Positions 26,047-34,287 of a DNA stretch of 64,000 bases are shown one piece after another. Under the pieces are notes generated by a model. That model was not told where the DNA came from. It saw nothing but the letters and a program-made list of their open reading frames with translations, and did no database searches. Both the position numbers and the translations under genes were made by a program. This stretch comes from an uncultured Eubacteriales bacterium (lineage in GTDB: Bacteria > Bacillota > Clostridia > Oscillospirales > CAG-272): the NCBI GenBank assembly GCA_934446285.1, contig CAKSEI010000001.1:6498-70497 (forward strand), in the 5' to 3' direction. How positions within the stretch are numbered: position 1 is the stretch's first letter; every line of letters starts with the position of its first letter.

Positions 26047-28437
26047 TTATTTTAGGAATGAGAAGAGTCCCTTTTTCTTTTCTTCCGGCTTCTCCTCGGG
26101 CTTTGCCTCCGTGTGGCGGATAACGCTCGGCTGCTGCTCCTCGTGTCTTACAGGTGTGACGGGTGCGCTCTCACGCTCCGAACGGAATCCTCCGTCTCTT
26201 GCGCCGCGCTCGGGTCTTCTGTCCCCTCTGTCTCCGCGGTCGCCTCTGTCGCCTCTGTCATATCTGTCTACGCGGTATGAGCCTCTGTCTCTGCGGTCGC
26301 CGTCTCTGCCGCCGCGGCGGTCGCCGTCACGGCGCTCACGCGGTGCGCGCGGCTTCTCCTCGTAGTCCGCGTATGCAAAGTCAGGTCCTTTCGCTCCGAC
26401 GCCGAGGAACTTGACCGTGAAGGTATCGCCTATCTTCACTACGTCCTCAACCTTTTCCACTCTGTGGTCGGCGAGCTTGGATATGTGGCAGAGTACCTCC
26501 TTGCCGGGGGCTATCTCCACGAACGCGCCGTAGTCGGCAATGCGCGTTACCGTGCCCGTATACTTGCAGCCGACCTCCGGCTCAAATACTATTGCGTCGA
26601 TAAGCTCCTTTGCCTTGTATGCGTCATCGCGGTTGACGGCGAGAATGTATACGTCGCCCGTCTCCTCAATGTCTATCTTAGCGCCCGTGTCTGCGACAAT
26701 CTTCTGAATGACCTTTCCGCCCGTGCCTATTACGTCACGAATCTTCTCGGGGTCTATCTTCATCGTTATCATCTTCGGTGCGTACTTGCTGACCTCATCG
26801 CGCGGCTTGTCAATTGCCTTGAGTATATACTCATCGATGATGTAATCACGTCCCTTATGAGTGACGGCGAATGCTTCCTTTATTATCTCGGGAGTAAGTC
26901 CGTCTATCTTCAGGTCCATCTGTATGGACGTGATACCCTTATGCGTGCCCGCAACCTTGAAGTCCATATCGCCGTAGAAGTCCTCAAGTCCCTGAATGTC
27001 TATCATGGTCATGAAGTCCGGTCCGTCGGTGATAAGTCCGCAGGAAATGCCCGCAACAGGAGCTTTTATCGGCACGCCCGCATCCATGAGTGCGAGGGTC
27101 GAGCCGCATACCGATGCCTGAGAGGTAGAGCCGTTGGACGAAACAACCTCAGACACAAGTCTCATAGCATAGGGGAACTCCTCAACGGAGGGCAGTACGG
27201 GGATAAGCGAACGCTCAGCAAGAGCTCCGTGACCTATCTCGCGGCGTCCGGGGCTGCGCGCCGGCTTTGCCTCGCCCGTGGAATATCCGGGCATATTGTA
27301 GTGGTGCATATATCTCTTCTCGGTCTCCTCGTCAATGCCGTCGAGCATCTGGCTGTCGCTGAGAGGGCCTAAGGTCGCGACGGTGAGAACCTGAGTCTGA
27401 CCGCGCGTGAAAAGTCCCGAGCCATGCGCACGGGGCAGCAGACCTACCTCCGCCGCGAGCGGGCGTATCTCGTCAAGGGCGCGTCCGTCCACACGCTTGT
27501 GGTCGACAAGCAGCCAACGGCGCACAATCTTCTTCTGTATCTTATATACAAGCTCATCCATCATGCCGTCAAGTCCCTCGTACTTGTCGCCGAAGGTAGC
27601 TATGATGTCGTCGCAGATGGGGACCATCTTCTCGTCGCGGACATTCTTGTCATCCGTGTCGAGAGCCTCCATTACCGCCTTTTCGCAATGAGCGAATATC
27701 TCATCAAACATATCGTGGTCAAGCTCGCCCGACTCGTAGGTGAACTTCGGCTTGCCGACCTCGGCTACTATGCCGTCGATGAACGTGCACAGCTTCTTTA
27801 TCTCCTCGTGAGCGGTCATGATGGCATCAAACATCGTGTCGTCGTCGACCTCGTTTGCGCCCGCCTCAATCATGACAACCTTCTCATGAGAGCCGGCAAC
27901 CGTCAGCTGCAGGTCGCTCTTCGCACGCTGCTCAAGCGTCGGGTTCATGACTACCTCGCCGTCGCAAAGTCCCATGAATACGCCCGCGATAGGTCCGTTC
28001 CACGGAATATCCGATATGGAAAGGGCGATAGACGCGCCTATCATGGCGGTTATCTCGGGTGAGCAGTCGGGGTCAACGCTCATAACCGTAAGGCTCAGCG
28101 AAACATCGTTGCGCAAATCCTTCGGGAAGAGCGGGCGAATGGGGCGGTCGATGACGCGGGAGGTAAGGATGGCCTTCTCACCCGGTCTGCCCTCACGGCG
28201 CAGGTAGCCGCCGGGAATTCTGCCGACGGAATACATCTTCTCCTCGTAGTCTACGGAAAGAGGCAGAAAATCAATGCCCTCGCGCGGTTTCGCGCTCGCG
28301 GTGGCACAGCAGAGCACGCATGTATCGCCGTACTTCACCATGACCGAGCCGTTCGCAAGTCCCGCGAGCTTGCCGTGCTCTACAACAAGGGGTCTGCCCG
28401 CCAGCTCATAGGTAAACGTCTTAAAATTCTCAAACAT
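26047..28437 (-). CDS. pnp: Polyribonucleotide nucleotidyltransferase (PNPase) with an Arg/Asp/Gly-rich C-terminal extension
   Basis: Two RNase PH domains plus KH and S1 domains. The ATG at 28437 (MFENFKTF; GGAGGA RBS) is preferred over the ORF-track start at 28482. The tail reads RRDGDRRGGRDGDRRDRGSYRVDRYDRGDRGDRGDRGDRRPERG... Confidence 0.9.
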   Translation of the reverse strand: MFENFKTFTYELAGRPLVVEHGKLAGLANGSVMVKYGDTCVLCCATASAKPREGIDFLPLSVDYEEKMYSVGRIPGGYLRREGRPGEKAILTSRVIDRPIRPLFPKDLRNDVSLSLTVMSVDPDCSPEITAMIGASIALSISDIPWNGPIAGVFMGLCDGEVVMNPTLEQRAKSDLQLTVAGSHEKVVMIEAGANEVDDDTMFDAIMTAHEEIKKLCTFIDGIVAEVGKPKFTYESGELDHDMFDEIFAHCEKAVMEALDTDDKNVRDEKMVPICDDIIATFGDKYEGLDGMMDELVYKIQKKIVRRWLLVDHKRVDGRALDEIRPLAAEVGLLPRAHGSGLFTRGQTQVLTVATLGPLSDSQMLDGIDEETEKRYMHHYNMPGYSTGEAKPARSPGRREIGHGALAERSLIPVLPSVEEFPYAMRLVSEVVSSNGSTSQASVCGSTLALMDAGVPIKAPVAGISCGLITDGPDFMTMIDIQGLEDFYGDMDFKVAGTHKGITSIQMDLKIDGLTPEIIKEAFAVTHKGRDYIIDEYILKAIDKPRDEVSKYAPKMITMKIDPEKIRDVIGTGGKVIQKIVADTGAKIDIEETGDVYILAVNRDDAYKAKELIDAIVFEPEVGCKYTGTVTRIADYGAFVEIAPGKEVLCHISKLADHRVEKVEDVVKIGDTFTVKFLGVGAKGPDFAYADYEEKPRAPRERRDGDRRGGRDGDRRDRGSYRVDRYDRGDRGDRGDRGDRRPERGARDGGFRSERESAPVTPVRHEEQQPSVIRHTEAKPEEKPEEKKKGLFSFLK

Positions 28438-28594
28438 TAAAATGTTCCTCCAAATTTTTATAAACACCGTCCCCTTTAGCACTTAAAACCGACCGTATGC
28501 CGTGCATACGCGCGCTTTTAACTGCTAAAGACAGGGCGGACTTTTACTTAAAAACGCAAGTACGGCTCGCACAAAAAATGCGCGAGCCTACTGC

Positions 28595-28858
28595 TTACTT
28601 TCTGATACCCAGCTTCTCAATGATTGCGCGGTAACGCTCAATATCCGTCTTCTGCAGATAACCGAGAAGGTTTCTGCGGTGACCGACCATTTTCAGCATG
28701 CCTCTGCGGCTGTGATGGTCCTTCTTATTTGCCTTGAGATGCTCGGTGAGCGTGTTGATTCTGCTCGTCAGGACGGCGATCTGAACCTCGGGCGAGCCTG
28801 TGTCGCCGGGATGAGTGGCATAAGCCTCGATTATCGCCTGCTTTTCTTCTTTTGTCAT
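28595..28858 (-). CDS. rpsO: 30S ribosomal protein S15
   Basis: 87 aa with the typical S15 sequence ([14 protein letters not shown]...[14 protein letters not shown]). Confidence 0.95.
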   Translation of the reverse strand: MTKEEKQAIIEAYATHPGDTGSPEVQIAVLTSRINTLTEHLKANKKDHHSRRGMLKMVGHRRNLLGYLQKTDIERYRAIIEKLGIRK

Positions 28859-29000
28859 TTTTTCACCTCTTATTTTTATTACGGAGAACCAAGCCTACGG
28901 CGGGTGAAACGCGCGATGCGCCTTTTCCCGTAAGCATAGTCCGCGTACTTACACATTGTATCATATAAAACCGAAAAAGTAAATACCTTTTTCCGAATTT

Positions 29001-30437
29001 TTACGGCTCAATCGGCTCGAGCGGCGGTTCGCTCGGCTCTGTCGGCTCGGTTACGGGCTCGCTCGGCTCGGTAGGTGCCGCCGGCTCTGCCGCTCCGCAC
29101 CATATGCACGCGCCTCTCTCGTATTTATGCGCTGCCTTTCTGCCGCTTTCAAGACCGCACTTCTTACACGTAGCAGCCTTCTCGCAGGTCGCCTCGGAAA
29201 AGTCGTGGCCGCTCGTCGCGATCCTCTCGGTATAGCTGTCCCCGCACACGGAGCACTTATACACCTTTTCGCCGTCCTGATAGCAGGTCGGCTCGCTCTG
29301 CGACTCTAAAGCATAAGTATGCCCCTTGGCGGCAATCTGCTCCTCCTCCGAGAATGAGCAGACACTGCACTTGCGTGTGACTGTTCCCGGCTCGGTGCAT
29401 GTTGCCTCCTTTGTCACCGTCTCGGTAAAGCTATGTCCCTTCGCGGGAATGACCTCCGTGGATTTAGCCCCGCATGAGAGGCAGGTCAGGCGATACTCGC
29501 CGTTTGACGTGCACGTCGCCGCTCTATTCGTCTGGCGCAGCCACTTGTGCGAGCCGGCGGCGATATGGGTTATCTCTGTATGTCCGCATCTCTTGCAGAC
29601 AGACTTGACATCTCCCGCCTCCACGCATGATTTGCGCATATCGGTTATCTCATAGTCGTGCCCAAGCTTCGGCTGCTCCTCGGAGTAGCTGTCGCCGCAG
29701 CGTGAGCAGGTATATCGCACTCTCCCCGACTTCTCGCAGGTCGCCTCTTCTCCCGACTTAACATAGTCGTGACCGAGCGCCGGAACGTCGACCTCGCCCT
29801 TGACAAAGCCGCACTTTGAGCATACTATCCTGCCCGTACCGCCCTGCAGGCACGTGACCTTATCTCCCGGGACGGTCTCAAAGGTATGCTCACACGAAGT
29901 AACGGCACTCGGTGCGATACCCGTCTCCTCGCCCGCGATTGCGCGCGCGAAAAGCACAGACATCGCAAGGCACAGAACCGCCGCCGCACAGCAGGTTATC
30001 ACTCTGCCGCGCTTAGTCCTGAGAAACGGAATTTTGTCAAAAATGCCCGGTTCTCTCTCGGGCTCGCCCGCCCGCGCGACAAGCTGCTCGTCGTAATACT
30101 CAAGTATCAGCCCGCGTCCGTCAGCCTTTCCGCCGCGGACTTTGCCCTCTCCGTGCGTAGTATCGGTATCCGCTGCGCTCTGCACGGGAGCGGACGAATT
30201 TTTATCCTCCGTATCAACCGTATCATCCGTCGGATTCTCCGTCACTGCTCCCTCCGCATCGGGAGAAAGGCGCTCGGAGTACTCCGCCGCACGTCCGTCC
30301 GCGGACGGAAAAGTATATATATCGGTCGGCTGCACATCGCCCTTTGCCGCCGCAGCTCCTACAGAATGCTCCGCACGGAACTCGGCAAAGGTCATTTTCC
30401 TGCCGCCGCAGACTATTTTTTTTACTCTGAATTTCAT
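29001..30437 (-). CDS. Single-pass membrane protein with about seven tandem His/Cys3 (zinc-ribbon-like) repeats and a Pro/Glu-rich tail
   Basis: 478 aa with TM helix VITCCAAAVLCLAMSVLFARAIA. Repeats of about 37 aa fit GH-x(9-11)-C-x4-G-x5-C-x2-CG. The C-terminus is EPAAPTEPSEPVTEPTEPSEPPLEPIEP. The start could also be the ATG at 30395. Confidence 0.7.
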   Translation of the reverse strand: MKFRVKKIVCGGRKMTFAEFRAEHSVGAAAAKGDVQPTDIYTFPSADGRAAEYSERLSPDAEGAVTENPTDDTVDTEDKNSSAPVQSAADTDTTHGEGKVRGGKADGRGLILEYYDEQLVARAGEPEREPGIFDKIPFLRTKRGRVITCCAAAVLCLAMSVLFARAIAGEETGIAPSAVTSCEHTFETVPGDKVTCLQGGTGRIVCSKCGFVKGEVDVPALGHDYVKSGEEATCEKSGRVRYTCSRCGDSYSEEQPKLGHDYEITDMRKSCVEAGDVKSVCKRCGHTEITHIAAGSHKWLRQTNRAATCTSNGEYRLTCLSCGAKSTEVIPAKGHSFTETVTKEATCTEPGTVTRKCSVCSFSEEEQIAAKGHTYALESQSEPTCYQDGEKVYKCSVCGDSYTERIATSGHDFSEATCEKAATCKKCGLESGRKAAHKYERGACIWCGAAEPAAPTEPSEPVTEPTEPSEPPLEPIEP

Positions 30438-30693
30438 GATATCACCCGTAATAAGTATGCCGCAAAGCGTCGTCCGTCAAACAGACGACGTGCGGTCGGT
30501 GCAAAAATCCCGTGTATTTACAAAGCTATTTTAACACATATAATCAAAAATGTCCATATGCTCTTTGTAAATGTTGCCCGCTCTCTAATTCATATTCGCA
30601 ATGCAGCGGGAAAATGCGCCCGGGGTTGTTCGCCGTAAAAAGCGATATGTACCCCCATGCCGATATACGGCATCGGGAGTACACATCAAACGG

Positions 30694-32475
30694 TTATTTA
30701 TTCGCGGTGAGATATCTTACAAGTATCGCTGCGACCTGTGCGCGCGTTGCGTTGCCCTGCGGCTGTACATTCAGCGTACTGCCGTTGGCAATGCCGTTTA
30801 CCAAGCCCTTTTCGTATGCCCACGCAAGGCTCTTCTTTGCGTATGACGATACGTCGCTCCAGTCTGCGAACATGCCCTTCGCACCCGCGGTGTCAATATC
30901 TCCGATACCGCCGTTTTTGTAGCTCTCGTATCTGCAGAGTATCGCCGCAAGCTGCTCACGGGTTATCTTGCCCGTAGGAGCGAATTCCGTCTCGGTCATG
31001 CCGTTGACAATCCCGTTTTTATACGCCCACTTGACCGCGTCCGCGTAATATTTCTTATTGCCCACGTCTGTGAAAGGGTTTTCTATGCCGTTAACAGACG
31101 GGCTGCCCTCCATACGGTATATAACCGTGACAAGCATTCCGCGCTCCATGGCGGTATCGGGTGCGAATTCAGTCGTCGAAACTCCGTTGAATAGTCCGCG
31201 GGAGACCGCCTCCTTTACATCCTTATAGAACCACTTCTTCGGCGTTACGTCCGTGAATACAAGTGCGCCGTCCGTCGAGCCTATCTTCGCCGTCTCGCTC
31301 TTCCACTCGCCGTTTATTCCCTTTGAGAGGATAACACGCAGCGTCCCGTCGGGCATGGCATACGAGCCGAATATATCCCCGACATCGTTCCAATAGTCGC
31401 GCGAATACAGCTCCGATATCGTGCACGCAATCGGATTGTATGCGTAAACGTGCTTCGCATCATTGAAGATTAGGCTGCCATTATACAACGACAGGCCCGA
31501 ATATGTACCGTTGTAGTACGATACGTCATCGTACCACGGTCTCCATATTGCCTCCCTCGGAAGGACCGATGTGAGCTTGTCGTTTGCGGGATTGTAGGTG
31601 AAAAGCCCGCCGTCCGCATATACGTAGTATTTTCCGCGGAACGGCACGATGGCGGATGAACCCCATGTCCCGTAAGGTGAACTGCCGTCGGAATACTTGT
31701 ACTTATCGTACTTTTGCGACGTGCATTCATAAAGCTTTACTCCGCCTTTGTGATATAAGAAATTCTCATCCGAACGCATAAAGTAAAGGTGATCCGCCTT
31801 GCCGTAAAAGCTCGGGATATCATTACTTCCCACCGGGTCGTCGTAGGTCACGTCAACATTGTACCACTCGCCGCCGACTTTTACGATATTCCACATGTGG
31901 TTCATCTCTTCACTTATGACAAAGTCGCAGTCGATGCCTACCGAGCGTAGAACATATGCGTAAAAATACGCATATCCCTGGCACACTCCCTTGCCCCATT
32001 TGACAAAGTTATATATGTCTCTCACGGTATAGTCGAGGTCATACTCGTATTTCGCCGCTATGGCATCATGCATGAGCAGGGCTTTCTCAAAGTCGGACGC
32101 CCCGTCGGGGATAATCTCGGTAAGGGCGCTTACCTCCGCATCAACCGCAGCGAGACGCTCCTTATATTCGGAAAGCGAAAGCGAATAGCGCGGCTCGACC
32201 TCCGTGACCTTGCCGTTTATATCCCTGCTGAACGCATATGTGCCCGTATAATGGAAAAGCTCGGGGAATTCGTTTAGTATACTCTTCATGATACCGCTCA
32301 GTTTCTCGGCGTCGATATCATAGTCCGAGATATCAATAAGCGTCTCACACCCGGTCATTGCCGAGTATATACAGTCTGCGGCATCCGCCGTGTTATCCGA
32401 CGCACCCGTTCCCGCAAATGAAAACAGGCAGACACACAAGACAAGCGCCGTCATCGCGGAAATAATTCTCTTCAT
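30694..32475 (-). CDS. Secreted transglutaminase-like cysteine protease-fold protein with three C-terminal SLH domains
   Basis: Signal peptide. Core GKGVCQGYAYFYAYVLRSVGI...NHMWNIVKVGGEWYNVDVTYDD gives the Cys/His/Asp pattern. Three FxDV...W/Y...V...G(L/I)xNG SLH repeats. Confidence 0.8.
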   Translation of the reverse strand: MKRIISAMTALVLCVCLFSFAGTGASDNTADAADCIYSAMTGCETLIDISDYDIDAEKLSGIMKSILNEFPELFHYTGTYAFSRDINGKVTEVEPRYSLSLSEYKERLAAVDAEVSALTEIIPDGASDFEKALLMHDAIAAKYEYDLDYTVRDIYNFVKWGKGVCQGYAYFYAYVLRSVGIDCDFVISEEMNHMWNIVKVGGEWYNVDVTYDDPVGSNDIPSFYGKADHLYFMRSDENFLYHKGGVKLYECTSQKYDKYKYSDGSSPYGTWGSSAIVPFRGKYYVYADGGLFTYNPANDKLTSVLPREAIWRPWYDDVSYYNGTYSGLSLYNGSLIFNDAKHVYAYNPIACTISELYSRDYWNDVGDIFGSYAMPDGTLRVILSKGINGEWKSETAKIGSTDGALVFTDVTPKKWFYKDVKEAVSRGLFNGVSTTEFAPDTAMERGMLVTVIYRMEGSPSVNGIENPFTDVGNKKYYADAVKWAYKNGIVNGMTETEFAPTGKITREQLAAILCRYESYKNGGIGDIDTAGAKGMFADWSDVSSYAKKSLAWAYEKGLVNGIANGSTLNVQPQGNATRAQVAAILVRYLTANK

Positions 32476-32496
32476 AAAAGCCTCCGGTTTATTTTT

Positions 32497-34287
32497 TTAT
32501 TTAAGCAGGTCTTCCATCTCGTCGACAAGCCCCGAGAAGAGCTTTACAGCCTCCTCAATCGGCGCCGGGCTCGCCATATCGACACCCGCACCGCGCAGAA
32601 GAGCTATCGGATCTTTCGAGCATCCGCCCGAGAGGAAACCGAGATAGTCGCGTGCGGCGCTCTCTCCGCCCGTGAGAATTCTGTTGGCGAGAGCCACTGC
32701 GGCGCAGAAGCCGGTCGAATACTGAAAAACATAGAAGTTATAATAAAAGTGCGGTATTCTCGCCCACTCGTAGGATATTTCCTTATCGACCGTGACGGCA
32801 GGTCCGTAGTAGTCGCAGTTGAGCTTATAGTAGATATCGTTGAGGACTTCGGAGGTAAGCGTCGTACCGCTCTCGGTAAGCGAGCTTATCTTCCTCTCAA
32901 ACTCGGCAAACATTGTCTGGCGGTAGAGGGTCGTGCGGAACTGCTCAAGGAAATAGTTTATAAGGTAAGCGCGTGTGCGTTTGTCCTCGGTCTTTGAGAG
33001 CAGGTGGCGCATGAGCAGCACCTCATTGCAGGTGGATGCGACCTCGGCTACGAATATCACGTAGTCGGAATAAACTACGGGCTGATTTTCCTTTGAGAGA
33101 TAGGAATGGAGCGAATGCCCCATCTCGTGGATAAGCGTAAACTGGCTGTCGAGCGTGCCCGTGTAGTTGAGCAGCACATACGGGTGCGGACGCGCGCCCG
33201 AGGAATATGCGCCGGAGCGCTTGCCTCTGTTCTCGTACACGTCTATCCAACGGTTGTCAAAGCCCTCCTTGATAACGCGGCAATAATCCTCGCCGAGCGG
33301 CTCTAACGCCTCAAGACATGTCTTTTTCGCCTGCTCAAAGGGTATCTTCACGTCCGCGTCGGCGACTATCGGAACATAAAGGTCGTACATATGCAATTCG
33401 TCAAGTCCGAGCAGCTTCTTGCGCAGCGCAGCATAGCGGTGCATAGGCTCGATATTCGCGCGGACGGTATCGATGAGATTGTGATAAACCTCGACGGGGA
33501 CTTCGTTCGCGGTAAGAGCCGCCTCAAGTGCGCTCGGATATTTTCTCGCGCGGGAGTAGAAACAAAGCTGCTTATTCTGAGCGTCGAGAGTTGCGGCAAT
33601 GGTATTTTCAAAGGAGTGATACGTCTCGTGCAGCTTGCGGAAAGCGTCGGCGCGCACGTTTCTGTCCGCCGAGGTACGGTATACCGCGTAGCCGCCCTCG
33701 GTAAGCGGCTTCTTCCCGTCCTTTGTTTCCACATCGGGGAAACGCAAATCCGCATCGCACAGCTTAGAGAATATATCCTCCGGGGCGTTTGCCATCTCGC
33801 CCGAGAGTGCGAGCAGCTTTTCCTCGCCCTCGGTGAGCGTGTGAGCGCGCTTTACAAGTATGCGGTCTATGGCATGGCGGTAAAGCTCAAGCCCCGGCTC
33901 GGTTTTATACATTTCCTCAAGTTTTTCGGACTCTATGCTCATTATCTCCGGAGCAGCGAAAGCGGAGGCGGCGGAGGTTGAGACAAGCAGGCTGTAGGCT
34001 CTGCCGCGCATCTCGGCGTACTTACCGACCGCCGTGTCCTCGTCGCCCTTGAGTGCTGCGTAATGATATACCGCACCCAGCTCTATGTCAGCCGCGTCTG
34101 ACGCACGGAAGAAATCAAGCAGTGCTGTCGCGTCATGCAGTCTGCCCTGATAAGACGCTGTTTTCTCCGGTATCTTCTGCGCCTTTTTGTACGCCTCCTC
34201 CCACGCCTCGTCGCTTTGGAAGATGTCCTCGGTCGCCCATGTGTCGCGGGGATCGACCTCGCTTCGTGTCTTTACCTTATCACTCAT
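32497..34287 (-). CDS. pepF: Oligoendopeptidase F (M3B)
   Basis: HEMGHSLH zinc motif. The ATG at 34287 (MSDKVKTRSE) has an AAAGGAGAAAG RBS; the ORF-track start at 34329 is an extension. Confidence 0.85.
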   Translation of the reverse strand: MSDKVKTRSEVDPRDTWATEDIFQSDEAWEEAYKKAQKIPEKTASYQGRLHDATALLDFFRASDAADIELGAVYHYAALKGDEDTAVGKYAEMRGRAYSLLVSTSAASAFAAPEIMSIESEKLEEMYKTEPGLELYRHAIDRILVKRAHTLTEGEEKLLALSGEMANAPEDIFSKLCDADLRFPDVETKDGKKPLTEGGYAVYRTSADRNVRADAFRKLHETYHSFENTIAATLDAQNKQLCFYSRARKYPSALEAALTANEVPVEVYHNLIDTVRANIEPMHRYAALRKKLLGLDELHMYDLYVPIVADADVKIPFEQAKKTCLEALEPLGEDYCRVIKEGFDNRWIDVYENRGKRSGAYSSGARPHPYVLLNYTGTLDSQFTLIHEMGHSLHSYLSKENQPVVYSDYVIFVAEVASTCNEVLLMRHLLSKTEDKRTRAYLINYFLEQFRTTLYRQTMFAEFERKISSLTESGTTLTSEVLNDIYYKLNCDYYGPAVTVDKEISYEWARIPHFYYNFYVFQYSTGFCAAVALANRILTGGESAARDYLGFLSGGCSKDPIALLRGAGVDMASPAPIEEAVKLFSGLVDEMEDLLK

